From positions 408 through 64,407 of the forward strand of contig JAFTPZ010000005.1 in the NCBI GenBank assembly GCA_017463025.1: a stretch of DNA of 64,000 nt, in the 5' to 3' direction. The DNA comes from Clostridia bacterium. Lineage in GTDB: Bacteria; Bacillota; Clostridia; Christensenellales; Borkfalkiaceae. Each line of letters opens with the position of its first letter. Position 1 is the first letter of the stretch. Below the pieces are notes generated by a model. That model had not been told where the DNA came from. It saw only the letters and a program-made list of their open reading frames with translations, and made no database searches. Positions 45,177-56,296 of the stretch are shown one piece after another. The position numbers were made by a program, and so were the translations under genes.

Positions 45177-46190
45177 TTACGCCTCGTAACCTCTCGGATT
45201 GCCGCTCTGCCACTTCCATTGCGAGGCGCACATTTCTTCGATACCGAATTTCGCCTCCCATTTCAATTCCTTTTTCGCCTTATCGGGGCAGGCGTAGCAA
45301 GCCGCGATATCCCCCGAACGACGCTCGCAGATCTTATAGGGCAACGTTTTACCGCACGCCTTTTCAAACGCGTGGATCATGTCGAGTACGCTGTATCCGT
45401 GCCCCGTGCCGAGATTGTAAATATGTACGCCCGATTCGTTGCAGTGTTCGATCGCCGCAATATGCCCCAACGCCAGATCGACCACGTGGATATAATCGCG
45501 CACGCCCGTTCCGTCGGGGGTGTCGTAGTCGTTGCCGAACACGTTGATACATTGCAATTTACCGCTCGCCACCTGCGCTACGAACGGCATTAAATTGTTG
45601 GGAATACCTTTCGGGTCTTCGCCGATCAAACCGCTTTCGTGCGCGCCGACGGGGTTGAAATAACGGAGCAGAATGATGTTCCACGCGTTGTCCGCTTTAT
45701 GTACGTCCTGCATAATATTTTCCATCATCAGCTTGGTACTGCCGTAGGGATTCGTCGTGGAAAGACGGCAATTTTCGTCGAGCGGCAATCTTTCGGGATC
45801 GCCGTAAACGGTCGCAGACGACGAGAAGATGATCTTCTTCACGTTATACTTTTCCATTACCTGCAATAACGTTACCGTGCCGCTGATATTGTTTTCGTAG
45901 TATTTCAAGGGCAGCTTACAGCTTTCGCCCACCGCCTTGAATGCCGCAAAATGAATGACCGCGTCAAATTTATGCGCCGAAAAGATCTTTTCGAGCGCCG
46001 CTTGATCGCGAATATCCGCCTCGTAGAAAGTTACGTTCTTGCCCGTGATCTTCTGCACTCTGCGAATACTTTCAAAGCTGGAATTGCTGAAATTATCCAC
46101 CACGACCACGTCGTAATTTTTGTTCAAAAGTTCGAGCACGGTATGCGAACCGATATAGCCGCAACCGCCCGTTACCAAAATCGTTGCCAT
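45177..46190 (-). CDS. galE: UDP-glucose 4-epimerase
   Basis: [11 protein letters not shown] Rossmann loop, YGSTK catalytic YxxxK, and a typical 337-aa length. Confidence 0.93.
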   Translation of the reverse strand: MATILVTGGCGYIGSHTVLELLNKNYDVVVVDNFSNSSFESIRRVQKITGKNVTFYEADIRDQAALEKIFSAHKFDAVIHFAAFKAVGESCKLPLKYYENNISGTVTLLQVMEKYNVKKIIFSSSATVYGDPERLPLDENCRLSTTNPYGSTKLMMENIMQDVHKADNAWNIILLRYFNPVGAHESGLIGEDPKGIPNNLMPFVAQVASGKLQCINVFGNDYDTPDGTGVRDYIHVVDLALGHIAAIEHCNESGVHIYNLGTGHGYSVLDMIHAFEKACGKTLPYKICERRSGDIAACYACPDKAKKELKWEAKFGIEEMCASQWKWQSGNPRGYEA

Positions 46191-46213
46191 TTTTTATACC
46201 TCGTTTTTTATAA

Positions 46214-47491
46214 TCAGTCTTCGCTCTCTTCTTCCCCGATCGGTTCTTCCGTCTTTTTGGAACGGATTTTAAGCACCTTTTGTTTGGTCGCTTTCACGAT
46301 ACGAATTTCGATATCCTTACAGCGGAGTACTTCTCCGACGGGGGGAATACCGCCGTATTTTTCCGTTGCCCAACCGCCAACGGTGTACGCCTCGTAATTT
46401 TCGTCCTCGTCCTCCATTTCATAGAGTGCGAAAAATTCCGCCAAACCGCATTTGCCGTCCACCCAATATTCGTCCTCGTCGATCTTACCGAACAGCACTT
46501 CCTCTTCGTCGTGCTCATCCCAGATCTCCCCGACGAGCTCTTCCAAAATATCTTCGAGCGTTACGATACCGACGAGTCCGCCGTATTCGTCGGAAACCGC
46601 CGCCATGTGTATCTTATTTTTTTGTAATTGTTTCAAGAGGGTGGAAATACGCGTATATTCGGTGGTGAACACAATATCCTGCACCAAATTTTCGATTTCC
46701 TTTTCCCCGTTTAAGTAACCGTTGAAAAATTCGCGTTCGTGTACCAAACCGATCACGTTATCGATCGTTTCTTTATACACGGGCAAACGCGAAAAGCCCG
46801 TTTTACGGAATACTTCGCGGACTTCGTCCATGGAAAACTCCACGCTCACCGCGGACACGTCCACGCGAGGAACCAAAATATCCTCTACCTTCAAATCGTC
46901 AAATTCGAGCGCAGAGCGCACAAGCTCCGATTCGTCCTCTTTGAGCGTTCCGTCCTCTTCCGCCTCGTCTACAAGGGACATAAGCTCCTCGTTCGTAACC
47001 GTGGCTTCCTTTTTCAGTTTGAATACTTTCGCAAGTCCCTTTTTATACAGATCGAACACCCGTCCGATCGGGGTGAGTATCCAATAGAAAAGCCGCATCA
47101 AAGGATAGAAGAAGAAACAGAATTTTTCGGGATATACGCTCGCTAAATATTTGGGCGTGATCTCGCCGAACAAAAGTACTATAACGGTGAGTACCGCAGT
47201 AGAAACCGTCGTCGCGATATTTGCGTCTGCAATCAGCTTGCCGAACAGGACCGTGCCAAGCGCCGAAGCCGTGAGGTTTACGATATTGTTACCGACGAGG
47301 ATCGCCGTAACGAGCTTATCGTATTTATCGTCGGCAAACGCGAGTACCTTTTCCGCGTTCTTTTTGCCGAGCGCCGCCATGCTTTTGAGCTTGATCTTAT
47401 TCGCACAAGAATATGCCGTTTCCGTTCCCGAGAAGAAAGCGGAAAGAATTACGAGTATCGCGATCGCGATAGATAGGGGTAGGGGTTCCAT
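46214..47491 (-). CDS. CNNM/HlyC/CorC-family protein (DUF21 plus a CBS pair plus CorC_HlyC)
   Basis: Four N-terminal TM helices, a CBS pair, and a C-terminal transporter-associated domain. 425 aa. Confidence 0.88.
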   Translation of the reverse strand: MEPLPLSIAIAILVILSAFFSGTETAYSCANKIKLKSMAALGKKNAEKVLAFADDKYDKLVTAILVGNNIVNLTASALGTVLFGKLIADANIATTVSTAVLTVIVLLFGEITPKYLASVYPEKFCFFFYPLMRLFYWILTPIGRVFDLYKKGLAKVFKLKKEATVTNEELMSLVDEAEEDGTLKEDESELVRSALEFDDLKVEDILVPRVDVSAVSVEFSMDEVREVFRKTGFSRLPVYKETIDNVIGLVHEREFFNGYLNGEKEIENLVQDIVFTTEYTRISTLLKQLQKNKIHMAAVSDEYGGLVGIVTLEDILEELVGEIWDEHDEEEVLFGKIDEDEYWVDGKCGLAEFFALYEMEDEDENYEAYTVGGWATEKYGGIPPVGEVLRCKDIEIRIVKATKQKVLKIRSKKTEEPIGEEESED

Positions 47492-47612
47492 AAGATATTG
47501 TTGAATATCCTCCTGATAAAAAAGTATTCAAGGGCGTTTTACCCTTGTATACACTATTATAATACATTTTTTTATCTTTTGTCAACACGAAAGAAAAGCT
47601 ATTTATACTTTT

Positions 47613-48665
47613 TTATAAAAACTTTTTCGTCTGCCCTTCGTTGCTCTCCGCGATCCTACGCTTTTCCGCCGTCGGTTTGTCCGCGAAATGACAGGCGGCA
47701 AAATGTCCCTTTTCTATCTCCGTAAAGGGAGGGGGTACGCGTTTACATTTCTCGCAAGCCATAAAACAACGGGTGTGGAATTTACAGCCCGACGGCGGAG
47801 AAACGGGGCTGGGCATATTGCCGCCGAGCACGATCTTTTTCTCCCGCTCCGCTTTCATCGAGGGTACGGCGCTCATCAGCGCGATCGTATACGGGTGGCG
47901 TGGATTTTCAAACACCTGCTTTGCCGTACCCATTTCCACGATATTGCCCAAATACATCACCGCGATCCGATCGGAAATGTGCCGTACCACCGATAAGTCG
48001 TGGGAAATGAACAAATACGTAAGTTTTTCCTTTTCTTTGAGCTCGGCGAGCAGGTTGAGTATTTGCGACTGTATAGACGCGTCGAGCGCGGAAACGCACT
48101 CGTCGCAAACGATAAATTTAGGTCTGACCGCAAGGGCGCGCGCGATACACACGCGCTGGCGTTGTCCGCCCGAAAATTGGTGGGGATAACGGTGCAACGC
48201 CTCCGCCTGTAAGCCGCAATCTTGCATAACTTTGAGCACGTATTCGCGCATTTGCGGCGTGCCGCGTCTATAATATTTATGCGTCGCCACCCCCTCTTCT
48301 ACGATCTGTCCCACCGTCATACGCGGATTGAGCGACGAATAGGGGTCTTGGAAGATCATTTGCAGATCGCTGCGCAGCTTGCGCAGTTCCTCCCCCTTTA
48401 ATTGCGTAAGATCGACTTCTTTATCGTGATTGCCGCGATAGAGTATTTGTCCCGAAGTCGGCTCGTACAAACGCAAAAGCGTTCTGCCGAGCGTAGATTT
48501 ACCCGAGCCGCTCTCCCCGACGAGCCCGAACGTTTCCCCCTCGTAGATATCGAACGAGATATCGTCGTTTGCGCGAAGATAACGGCGAGCTTTGAATAGC
48601 GAGCCGCCGCCCACGGGAAAATATTTTTTAAGATGGACGACGGACAACAAGCTTTGCGTGTTCAT
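47613..48665 (-). CDS. oppF: Oligopeptide ABC transporter ATPase OppF
   Basis: I chose the ATG at 48665 ([14 protein letters not shown]), which has a [17 protein letters not shown] and LSGGQRQR motifs, and a C-terminal GCKFHTRCFMACEKC motif. The track's 93-aa Arg-rich N-extension lies inside oppD. Confidence 0.9.
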   Translation of the reverse strand: MNTQSLLSVVHLKKYFPVGGGSLFKARRYLRANDDISFDIYEGETFGLVGESGSGKSTLGRTLLRLYEPTSGQILYRGNHDKEVDLTQLKGEELRKLRSDLQMIFQDPYSSLNPRMTVGQIVEEGVATHKYYRRGTPQMREYVLKVMQDCGLQAEALHRYPHQFSGGQRQRVCIARALAVRPKFIVCDECVSALDASIQSQILNLLAELKEKEKLTYLFISHDLSVVRHISDRIAVMYLGNIVEMGTAKQVFENPRHPYTIALMSAVPSMKAEREKKIVLGGNMPSPVSPPSGCKFHTRCFMACEKCKRVPPPFTEIEKGHFAACHFADKPTAEKRRIAESNEGQTKKFL

Positions 48666-49665
48666 CGCTTCTTCTCTCCTCCTTTTTCGGATAAAAACAC
48701 CTGATCTTCTGACCGCTTTTCGTCGTGAATAGCGGCGGTTCTTCCGCAATACATTTTTCCGTGCAATATTTGCAACGCGGCGCGAATTTACAGCCTTTGG
48801 GCAGATTAAAAAGGGAGGGTACGTTGCCTGCGATCGATTCCAAACGTTTGCCCGCGGTCTTTTGCGAGGGCGCGGAACGGAGCAAGCCCTCCGTGTACGG
48901 ATGGGAATATCTTCCGTTTCCGAATACCGCGCTTTTTTTCGCAAGCTCTACCACCCGTCCGCAATACATCACCGCCACGTCGTCCGCCATTTCGTTAACG
49001 ACGCCCAGATCGTGCGTGATAAACAAGATCGCCGTACCGTTTTCCTCTTGCAGTCCTTTCATCAGCGAGAGTATCTGCGCCTGAATGGTAACGTCGAGCG
49101 CGGTGGTCGGCTCGTCGGCGATCAAAAGCTTGGGCGCGCAAGCGAGCGCCATAGCGATCATCACCCGTTGCCGCATACCGCCCGACAAACGGTGTACATA
49201 GTCCCCTATCACCCGTTCGGGGTTGGGAATACGCACCTCTTCGAGCATTTTCACCGCCGCCGCGCGCGCCTGCTTTTTATGCAAGCCGCGGTGAATGATA
49301 AACGGCTCGGACAGTTGCCTGCCGATCGACAGCACCGGATTGAGCGCGGTCATGGGTTCTTGGAACACCACCGAAATACGGTTGCCGCGTATTTCACGCA
49401 TTTTATCGAGCGGTAGCTTAACAAGGTCGATCGCCTCGCCCCTGCCCTGCTCGTCGAATAAAATTTCACCGCCCTCGATTTCTCCGTTTTCGTCCAAAAG
49501 ACGGAGTATACTCATTGCGGAAACGCTTTTTCCCGAACCGCTCTCCCCCACGAGCGCGAGCGTTTTCCCCTCCTCCACCGAAAAGGAAACGCCGTTCACC
49601 GCGCGTACCTTGCCCTTACGCGTTTGAAAAGCGACTTGCAGATCGTCAACTTGTAAAAGTGCCAT
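48628..49665 (-). CDS. oppD: Oligopeptide ABC transporter ATPase OppD
   Basis: I chose the ATG at 49665 ([11 protein letters not shown]), which has an [18 protein letters not shown] motif and a C-terminal [15 protein letters not shown]. Confidence 0.9.
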   Translation of the reverse strand: MALLQVDDLQVAFQTRKGKVRAVNGVSFSVEEGKTLALVGESGSGKSVSAMSILRLLDENGEIEGGEILFDEQGRGEAIDLVKLPLDKMREIRGNRISVVFQEPMTALNPVLSIGRQLSEPFIIHRGLHKKQARAAAVKMLEEVRIPNPERVIGDYVHRLSGGMRQRVMIAMALACAPKLLIADEPTTALDVTIQAQILSLMKGLQEENGTAILFITHDLGVVNEMADDVAVMYCGRVVELAKKSAVFGNGRYSHPYTEGLLRSAPSQKTAGKRLESIAGNVPSLFNLPKGCKFAPRCKYCTEKCIAEEPPLFTTKSGQKIRCFYPKKEERRSDEHAKLVVRRPS

Positions 49666-49667
49666 AT

Positions 49668-51596
49668 TTACTCCTTTTTCGTTACCGTTTTCGGATCGAG
49701 CGCGTCGCGCAACGCGTCGCCCACGATATTGATGCAAATCACCGCAAGCGATAAGAATATGGACGGGAATACCCATTGCCACCAGTAATTTTGAATGACG
49801 GTACTGTTATTGCAACCGTTGAGCATATTTCCCCAAGTAGGTTGGGGCTGTTGCACACCGAAGCCCAAGTAGGAAAGGGAAGATTCGGTGAGCAAACAAC
49901 CTGCAAAATCGAGCGTCATACTCACCAAGATCACCGAGATCACGTTGGGCAGTACGTGCCGAAAAGCGATCGTTCTTTCTTTCACGCCGATCGCGCGCGC
50001 CGCCATAACGAATTCCTTTTCCCGTTCGGCAAGTACCTGACCGCGTATCATACGCGCAAGCCCCGTCCACGAAAGCGCGCCCAAGATCAGCATGATAATA
50101 AAAATACGCGTCGTTTCCGTGATATCGTAATACTTGATGATCTGCGAAAGCAACATAGCAAAGGGCAAAAAGGGTATGGAGGAGAATATTTCCGTGATAC
50201 GCATAAGAAGTACGTCCACCCAGCCGCCGAAATACCCCGAAACGCAACCCACTACGATAGCGATGACCGAGGAAACGAGCACCGCCACCGCGCCGATCGT
50301 GAGCGTCATTTTCCCGCCGTGGACGATACGCGCAAACACGTCCCGTCCCCGTCCGTCCGTGCCCATGATATACCCTTTCAAGCCCACGCTTTGCACGAGG
50401 TTGTCCTCGCCGTCCACCGTGTAGCTTTGGAGCGCCCCTGCAAACGCTTTCGCCGTTTTTCCGTCCGTTTGCAGATCGCATTGACCGTACGCGCCGTGTC
50501 CCCAAGCGTAAGCGTTGCCGAAATTCGTTACGCCCACGAAATGCCGCGTGCCGCCGTCGAGGGAAAGGAAATATTCCCCCTCTTGCAGCGTCGGCAATTC
50601 GTTTTCGCCGTTTTCGAACACGCCCGAAACGAACAGCTCGCGATCCTCCGTCAAGATCGCCACACATTTATTCGTCGCGGCAAGCTCCACCGCTTTTCTG
50701 CCCGAAAGATAACTATTCGGCGTTTGATAGACCGTGCCGTTTTCGGTGGCGACGGAAGTGAAAATGTCTTCCGTACCCGTAAAAATCTCGCCGTTTTGCA
50801 AAATCGCCACCGCCGCGGCGTTGGTGAACGCGAGTTTTTCCACGCCCGAAAGGTGAGCAAACTCCGATAAATTCCGCGCCGCGTTTTTATTTCCCCACGC
50901 GTACGCCGTGCCGTCCGTTTTGACGAGCGCGGAGGTCTGATAACCGCAAACGAGCGTTTTCACTTCTGTTGGCAATACGCCGCCGCGCAACGCCTCGGGA
51001 GTGGTTTGGGCGTTGAGCACGCTTTCAAAGCCGTACTGACCGCAGCTCCTATCCCCCCAGCCGACGAGCGCGCCCGATTTGGTGATTGCAAGAATATGGT
51101 CTTTCCCTGCCGCCACGTGCGTTGCTCCCTCCGCTTTGACCGATTCGGGAATATCTTTCATATCCCGTTTATTCAACCGATCCCGACTGTTCCCCCAAAC
51201 GAACACCTCCCCCTCTTTCGAAAGTCCCACCGTAAAACCGGAAAAGCCGTCGATCGTTTGTATGGAATTTTTAAGGGCTTTCGGTACGGAACGCATGGAA
51301 TACACGGGCGCGACGTTTTGTTGCAGGGGATCGGTATAATTGACGTCCATCGGCACGAACGCGGGCGCGATGAATACGAACAAAAACAGCGCGACGAGAA
51401 ACACGAGTGCGACGACCGCCGTTTTTTTACGGAAAAACGCCTCTCGCAATAATTTGGACGGGCTTTCGATCTCCGCCCCCTCCGTTTCAAACGGTAGGTC
51501 TTTATTACCGAAGAAAAGTCGTTTGAACGCATACCTGCCCCTATCCAACGCGCGTTTAAGCTCCGTTTTTTTCGGCGGCGTTTGATTTTCTTGCAT
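49668..51596 (-). CDS. oppC: Oligopeptide ABC permease OppC with a ~300-aa RCC1-like repeat insertion in the first extracytoplasmic loop
   Basis: TM1 is VVALVFLVALFLFVFIAPAF. It is followed by repeats of the type GEVFVWGNS, GALVGWGDRSCGQYG, GTAYAWGNKN and GNAYAWGHGAYGQCD, then the canonical MGTDGRGRDVFARI and the permease core. Confidence 0.85.
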   Translation of the reverse strand: MQENQTPPKKTELKRALDRGRYAFKRLFFGNKDLPFETEGAEIESPSKLLREAFFRKKTAVVALVFLVALFLFVFIAPAFVPMDVNYTDPLQQNVAPVYSMRSVPKALKNSIQTIDGFSGFTVGLSKEGEVFVWGNSRDRLNKRDMKDIPESVKAEGATHVAAGKDHILAITKSGALVGWGDRSCGQYGFESVLNAQTTPEALRGGVLPTEVKTLVCGYQTSALVKTDGTAYAWGNKNAARNLSEFAHLSGVEKLAFTNAAAVAILQNGEIFTGTEDIFTSVATENGTVYQTPNSYLSGRKAVELAATNKCVAILTEDRELFVSGVFENGENELPTLQEGEYFLSLDGGTRHFVGVTNFGNAYAWGHGAYGQCDLQTDGKTAKAFAGALQSYTVDGEDNLVQSVGLKGYIMGTDGRGRDVFARIVHGGKMTLTIGAVAVLVSSVIAIVVGCVSGYFGGWVDVLLMRITEIFSSIPFLPFAMLLSQIIKYYDITETTRIFIIMLILGALSWTGLARMIRGQVLAEREKEFVMAARAIGVKERTIAFRHVLPNVISVILVSMTLDFAGCLLTESSLSYLGFGVQQPQPTWGNMLNGCNNSTVIQNYWWQWVFPSIFLSLAVICINIVGDALRDALDPKTVTKKE

Positions 51597-51608
51597 AGGC
51601 GTACTCCT

Positions 51609-52625
51609 TTATTTATTCACGCGGATACGGGGATCAACGAGCCCGTACGCCACGTCTACGAGCAGATTCCCCAAAAGCGCGAGCGCGATATAGAACATCT
51701 GCATAGCAAGGGCGATCTCGTTATCGTTTGCGGTCAGCGCGTCGAAATATACTTTCCCGATCCCGTTGATACCGAAAATGTTTTCGATCATGATCGAGCC
51801 GGAAAATATCCCCATCAACCAACCGATTACGAGCGTTACGATGGGCAAAAGCGCGTTTCGCCAAGCGTGCGAGCGCACCACGAGCCGTTCGCTTAAACCC
51901 TTTGCGCGCGCCGTACGGATACAGTCCATATTGAGCGCCTCGATCATAGAAGCGCGCACGTAGCGCGTCATACCGCCGAGCGAACAAAAGGTCATCACGA
52001 TCAGCGGCAGAGCCAAGTGCCAAAGTTTATCCAAAAAGGCGCGAAAACCCACGTAGTCCTTGCCCACCGACGACATACCCGAAACGGGAAACAGATCGAG
52101 CTTGATCGCGAACAGCCAGATAAATAAAATGGCGATAATGAACGCAGGCATACTATACCCCACGATCGTACCGATCTGCACCGCCGTATCCCGTTTGCTC
52201 CCCCGTTTCACCGCGCAAAACGCGCCGAGCGGCAACGTGATACCAAGCGACAATGCAGTGGAGAGCAGGTTGAGAAAGAGGGTATTTTTCAGTGGCTCGG
52301 CGATCACCTCGACTACGGGCTTGCCGTACGCCACGCTCGTGCCCAAATTCCCCTGCAACAGCCCGTGGAACGAGCCGTCGTAAAAAGGCGCAAGCCCCAG
52401 CCACCGCAAATACCGCGTAAATAAACTGCCGTCCAAGCCGTAGCGACGTTGCCAATAGAGATAGCGTTCGGCGTAAATAAGGTTTTTATTCGCCGCAATC
52501 TCCTGCATCGCCATATCCGCCGCCTTATCGATCGGCAACAGGTTATACACGAGATAGATGACGAGCGAAAGCAACGCAAGCACCGCCAGCATATAGAGTA
52601 TTCGTTGAAACAGGTATTTGATCAT
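51609..52625 (-). CDS. oppB: Oligopeptide ABC permease OppB
   Basis: 338 aa, six TM helices, and EAA-type loop TARAKGLSERLVVRSHAWRNAL. Confidence 0.9.
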   Translation of the reverse strand: MIKYLFQRILYMLAVLALLSLVIYLVYNLLPIDKAADMAMQEIAANKNLIYAERYLYWQRRYGLDGSLFTRYLRWLGLAPFYDGSFHGLLQGNLGTSVAYGKPVVEVIAEPLKNTLFLNLLSTALSLGITLPLGAFCAVKRGSKRDTAVQIGTIVGYSMPAFIIAILFIWLFAIKLDLFPVSGMSSVGKDYVGFRAFLDKLWHLALPLIVMTFCSLGGMTRYVRASMIEALNMDCIRTARAKGLSERLVVRSHAWRNALLPIVTLVIGWLMGIFSGSIMIENIFGINGIGKVYFDALTANDNEIALAMQMFYIALALLGNLLVDVAYGLVDPRIRVNK

Positions 52626-52678
52626 ATTGTTTTTTCCGTTATCGTCAAAATGCGGATAAGGCGACGTGCTATGCGCAT

Positions 52679-54874
52679 TTAGCCGTTATATGCAGATATA
52701 AAATCCGCCTCGTCCATTAGATAATTACTGCTGTAATTGTGATACATTTCGGGATCGATCGTCCAATAGAAGGACTGATCGTAGACCGCGCTCGTAAAGC
52801 CCGTGGCAAAATTGACCGCGCCAAACCGCGCTTTGGTAAAGCCGTAGGCAGGCATTTGACTATATTCGCCGTAGAGCGCGGAAGTCATATCCCCCGAAGA
52901 ATAGGTGATATACGCGCCGATCTTTTCGCCTGCGTTGGGATTGTTTTGCCAAGCGGTGATGAGCTGATCGGTTACCGAATTGGGTTGCGTACCCATCCAG
53001 TTGATAACGAGCGGCATATAATATTCTCCCTCCACTTTCACCGTTTTATATTTATTGTCCGTTGCAGCAAAGGCAAGATTGTTATACGAAAGCTCGTAGC
53101 CCGACAGCTTTTTATACCGCACGCCTCCGTTCGTTTCGTCGTACGCGCTTCCGTCGGCGTTATATACCCAACCGCCCTCGCGCAAGCACGCTTTCGCCTT
53201 GTCCACGCTATATTCGTATTTGTTCAGTTTGATCGTATCTTTCACCGCAAGATACGCCTCCGAGCCGACGTAGTAAGGCGCGTCCACCACGCTACCGTAG
53301 CCCCCCGTAAAGGTTTGGGCGAACTCCTCGCGATCGATCGTGTGCATCACCGCGCGGCGCACCTCGGTAAATTGCGTAGGTCCGAAATCGCAACGGAAAG
53401 CGAGCTTTCCATACCCTGCCCGATCGTAATGCGTTTCCTTGAAATTCACGTTATCCACAATCGCGAGCGCCGCTTTCGTTTCCTCTCCGCCCGTAATCCC
53501 TGCGAGCACGTCCACGCGCCCTTTTTTCAGTTGATCGAGCTGCGTTTCCCCTACGATCTTCACGTACGAAATGCGTTCGATCGTCGCTTTGCCGCGCACG
53601 TCCCCTTTATAATGGGGATTGCGTTTGAGCACCGCCATTTTCGCGCTTTGGTCGTAGCTTTCCACAAAATACGGCCCCGAATAGGGAAATTTACTCGCAG
53701 AAACCTCGTTGATATTCGCCGTAATTTGCGCGGCAAAATCAAACGCCGTGATCCCGTTTTTCTCCGATTTATTATAAAATCCCCTTTCGATATACGCCCC
53801 CTGTCCGTCGTCCTTGACCTTATGATCTCCCAAATACAGAGCGGTCGGCACGGGCGTAAACGCGCCGTAGCGCAAGGCGTAATAATAATTCGCATACTCC
53901 TTTTTCACGGTAACGGAAAAGGTATACTCGTCCAAGAGCCGCACTCCCGTAAAGGGTACGGGTTCGCCCTCCCCCTCGTACGCGTGAAACGCCTCGTAGC
54001 CAACGAGCGTTAAACCCGCTGCGTCGTTACCGCCTGCCTGTTTGAGTACTTTACTACTGCCTGCCAAAAGCGGAGCGAGATAGTTTTGCGCGGTGATAGG
54101 CGAGCCGTCGGAAAAGGTCAGATCGTCGGCGATACGCATCGTGAACGTTTTCGTACCGTCGGCGTTGTCCGTTTCCGTATGCAAAGGCAGAATGTCGGCG
54201 CTCGCCCAACGGAACGTGCCCGTTTCGTCCGTTTCCACCGTTTCGTAGCCGCTCGTCAGCGTTTGGATATCCAGATCGGACGCGGCAGGCGACGATTTCC
54301 CGAACGACGAATCGCGGAACAAGCCCGAAAGATCGGTGTTACTGCCCAGCACCACCGCGTTGTCCTGCGAGCTTACTTTCGCCCCCACGATCGCCTGCGT
54401 AACACTCCAATACGGATTCGTTTTCAGCTCGTCTATCTTCGCGTTATACACGTCGTAATACTGGTTGGAATAGAGCGGTACTTCGGGCACGAGCAAATTC
54501 CAGCGCTGCATAAACAGCCGCCACCACTCGTTATACGCCGCCGTCGCCGTTTGGAATTTTGCCGTAGGTTCGGCGTTATACACCATCGCCATCGATAAAA
54601 AGTCCATACCCAGCTCGTATTCCACGCCGTCTACGATCGCGTACGCCCTGCCGTCCGCTTTTTCCGTAACCGCGTCGAGCGTGATCTTTTCGCCGATCTT
54701 CGAATACACCGACTCGTAGTTTTCTCGGGAAACGACGTCTGCAAGAAAATCTTCGTTGCCGCCCTTTCCGCAACCGCTTAAACCGCACCCTGCAAGCGGC
54801 AGGAGCGTAAGAGCTATGGTAGCGGTCAGCGCCGTCGCCGCACAAATAAATTTCGTTTTTCTTTTCATATCCAT
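52679..54874 (-). CDS. oppA: Family-5 solute-binding lipoprotein (OppA-like), unusually long at 731 aa
   Basis: Lipobox LLPLAGCG. It is the first gene of the oppABCDF string. The family assignment rests on context and overall pattern. Confidence 0.75.
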   Translation of the reverse strand: MDMKRKTKFICAATALTATIALTLLPLAGCGLSGCGKGGNEDFLADVVSRENYESVYSKIGEKITLDAVTEKADGRAYAIVDGVEYELGMDFLSMAMVYNAEPTAKFQTATAAYNEWWRLFMQRWNLLVPEVPLYSNQYYDVYNAKIDELKTNPYWSVTQAIVGAKVSSQDNAVVLGSNTDLSGLFRDSSFGKSSPAASDLDIQTLTSGYETVETDETGTFRWASADILPLHTETDNADGTKTFTMRIADDLTFSDGSPITAQNYLAPLLAGSSKVLKQAGGNDAAGLTLVGYEAFHAYEGEGEPVPFTGVRLLDEYTFSVTVKKEYANYYYALRYGAFTPVPTALYLGDHKVKDDGQGAYIERGFYNKSEKNGITAFDFAAQITANINEVSASKFPYSGPYFVESYDQSAKMAVLKRNPHYKGDVRGKATIERISYVKIVGETQLDQLKKGRVDVLAGITGGEETKAALAIVDNVNFKETHYDRAGYGKLAFRCDFGPTQFTEVRRAVMHTIDREEFAQTFTGGYGSVVDAPYYVGSEAYLAVKDTIKLNKYEYSVDKAKACLREGGWVYNADGSAYDETNGGVRYKKLSGYELSYNNLAFAATDNKYKTVKVEGEYYMPLVINWMGTQPNSVTDQLITAWQNNPNAGEKIGAYITYSSGDMTSALYGEYSQMPAYGFTKARFGAVNFATGFTSAVYDQSFYWTIDPEMYHNYSSNYLMDEADFISAYNG

Positions 54875-54914
54875 TATTTTGCGCTACCGCGCGGGTTTTA
54901 TACCGTAAAAATAC

Positions 54915-54944
54915 TTGACGAAAAAAGGGGGATTATGATATACT
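54915..54944 (+). promoter_or_regulatory. Sigma-70-type promoter with an extended -10, upstream of metY
   Basis: TTGACG, an 18-nt spacer, then TGaTATACT. Confidence 0.4.
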
Positions 54945-54983
54945 TAATAATGAGTTTGAGTATTATCAAGGAGAGAACATACT

Positions 54984-56273
54984 ATGAGCAAAAATCAGCG
55001 CAGAATCGAAACCAAATGCGTACAGGGGGGCTATACCCCAGGGAACGGCGAGCCCCGTCAAGTGCCGATCATTCAGAGCACGACGTTCAAATACGCCACG
55101 AGCGAGGATATGGGCAAGCTGTTCGATTTGGAGGCGAGCGGATATTTCTATTCCCGTCTGCAAAATCCCACCTGCGACACCGTTGCGGCAAAAATTTGCG
55201 AGCTGGAAGGCGGTAGCGCGGCAATGCTCCTCTCCTCCGGACAAGCGGCGTCCTTTTTCGCCGTATTCAATATCGCAAGCGTAGGCGATCACGTCGTTTC
55301 GTCGGCAAGTATTTACGGCGGTACGTATAATCTGTTTGCCGTTACGATGAAGAAAATGGGTATCGAATTTACCTTTGTCGATCCCGATTGCACGGAAGAA
55401 GAGCTGAACGCGGCGTTCCGCCCCAACACCAAAGCGGTGTTCGGGGAAACGATCGCAAACCCTGCCCTGACCGTGCTCGATATTGAAAAATTCGCCAAAG
55501 CGGCGCACGCGCACGGCGTGCCCTTGATCGTGGACAATACGTTCGCTACCCCTATCCATTGCCGTCCTTTCGAGCACGGCGCGGACATCGTTACCCATTC
55601 CACCACCAAGTATATGGACGGGCACGGGGTTGCCGTGGGCGGTTGTATCGTCGATTCGGGCAACTTTAACTGGATGGCGCACGCGGACAAGTTCCCCGGG
55701 CTTTGCACGCCCGACGAGAGCTATCACGGCATTACCTACGCCGAAAAATTCGGACAGGGCGGCGCGTATATCACCAAAGCGACCGCGCAGCTTATGCGCG
55801 ATTTCGGCGCGACGCAATCCCCCCAGAGCGCTTTCTATCTCAATTTGGGACTGGAAAGTCTGCACGTACGTATGGAACGGCACGCGTTGAACGGTCGAAA
55901 GGTCGCGGAATTTTTGGAATCGAGCGACAAGATCACTTGGGTAAATTATCCGAGTTTGCCCTCGAATAAATATTACGAGCGTACAAAAAAATATATGCCC
56001 AACGGCACTTGCGGCGTCGTCAGTTTCGGCGTAAAAGGCGGCAGAGCGGCGGCGGAAAAATTTATGAAAGCGCTCAAACTGATCGCTATTGAAACGCACG
56101 TGGCGGACGCAAGATCGTGCTGTTTACACCCTGCGAGCGCAACGCACCGCCAGATGAACGAGCAAGAGCTGATCGCGGCAGGCGTCCCGGGAGATCTCGT
56201 TCGCCTTTCCTGCGGTCTGGAAAATTATCAGGATCTTATCGACGACCTTACGCAAGCGCTTGAAAGTATTTAA
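54984..56273 (+). CDS. metY: O-acetylhomoserine sulfhydrylase (aminocarboxypropyltransferase)
   Basis: PLP-lysine context [11 protein letters not shown]. 429 aa, with overall Cys/Met-metabolism PLP-enzyme motifs. Confidence 0.9.
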   Translation: MSKNQRRIETKCVQGGYTPGNGEPRQVPIIQSTTFKYATSEDMGKLFDLEASGYFYSRLQNPTCDTVAAKICELEGGSAAMLLSSGQAASFFAVFNIASVGDHVVSSASIYGGTYNLFAVTMKKMGIEFTFVDPDCTEEELNAAFRPNTKAVFGETIANPALTVLDIEKFAKAAHAHGVPLIVDNTFATPIHCRPFEHGADIVTHSTTKYMDGHGVAVGGCIVDSGNFNWMAHADKFPGLCTPDESYHGITYAEKFGQGGAYITKATAQLMRDFGATQSPQSAFYLNLGLESLHVRMERHALNGRKVAEFLESSDKITWVNYPSLPSNKYYERTKKYMPNGTCGVVSFGVKGGRAAAEKFMKALKLIAIETHVADARSCCLHPASATHRQMNEQELIAAGVPGDLVRLSCGLENYQDLIDDLTQALESI

Positions 56274-56296
56274 TTAACAATAACGGAGGTGGCAAA

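Noticed and set aside
48666-48944. Arg-rich N-terminal extensions of the track ORFs for oppF (to 48944), oppD (to 49782), the flavoprotein (to 28181) and the exported protein (from 13473)
   Set aside because: The extensions overlap the preceding gene and have no RBS. Internal ATGs with GGAGG-type RBSs give canonical N-termini instead.
52640-52680. aaaatgcggataagg in the oppA-oppB gap resembling the left arm of the 34737 palindrome (aaaatgcggagaagg)
   Set aside because: A 14-of-15 match is expected by chance many times in a 64-kb window when both strands are searched. No extended similarity was seen beyond it.
54875-54983. Possible SAM (S-box) riboswitch upstream of metY
   Set aside because: The distance from the likely promoter to the ATG is only ~40 nt, too short for an S-box. 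The resemblance is limited to tatcaaggagag, which is simply the RBS.
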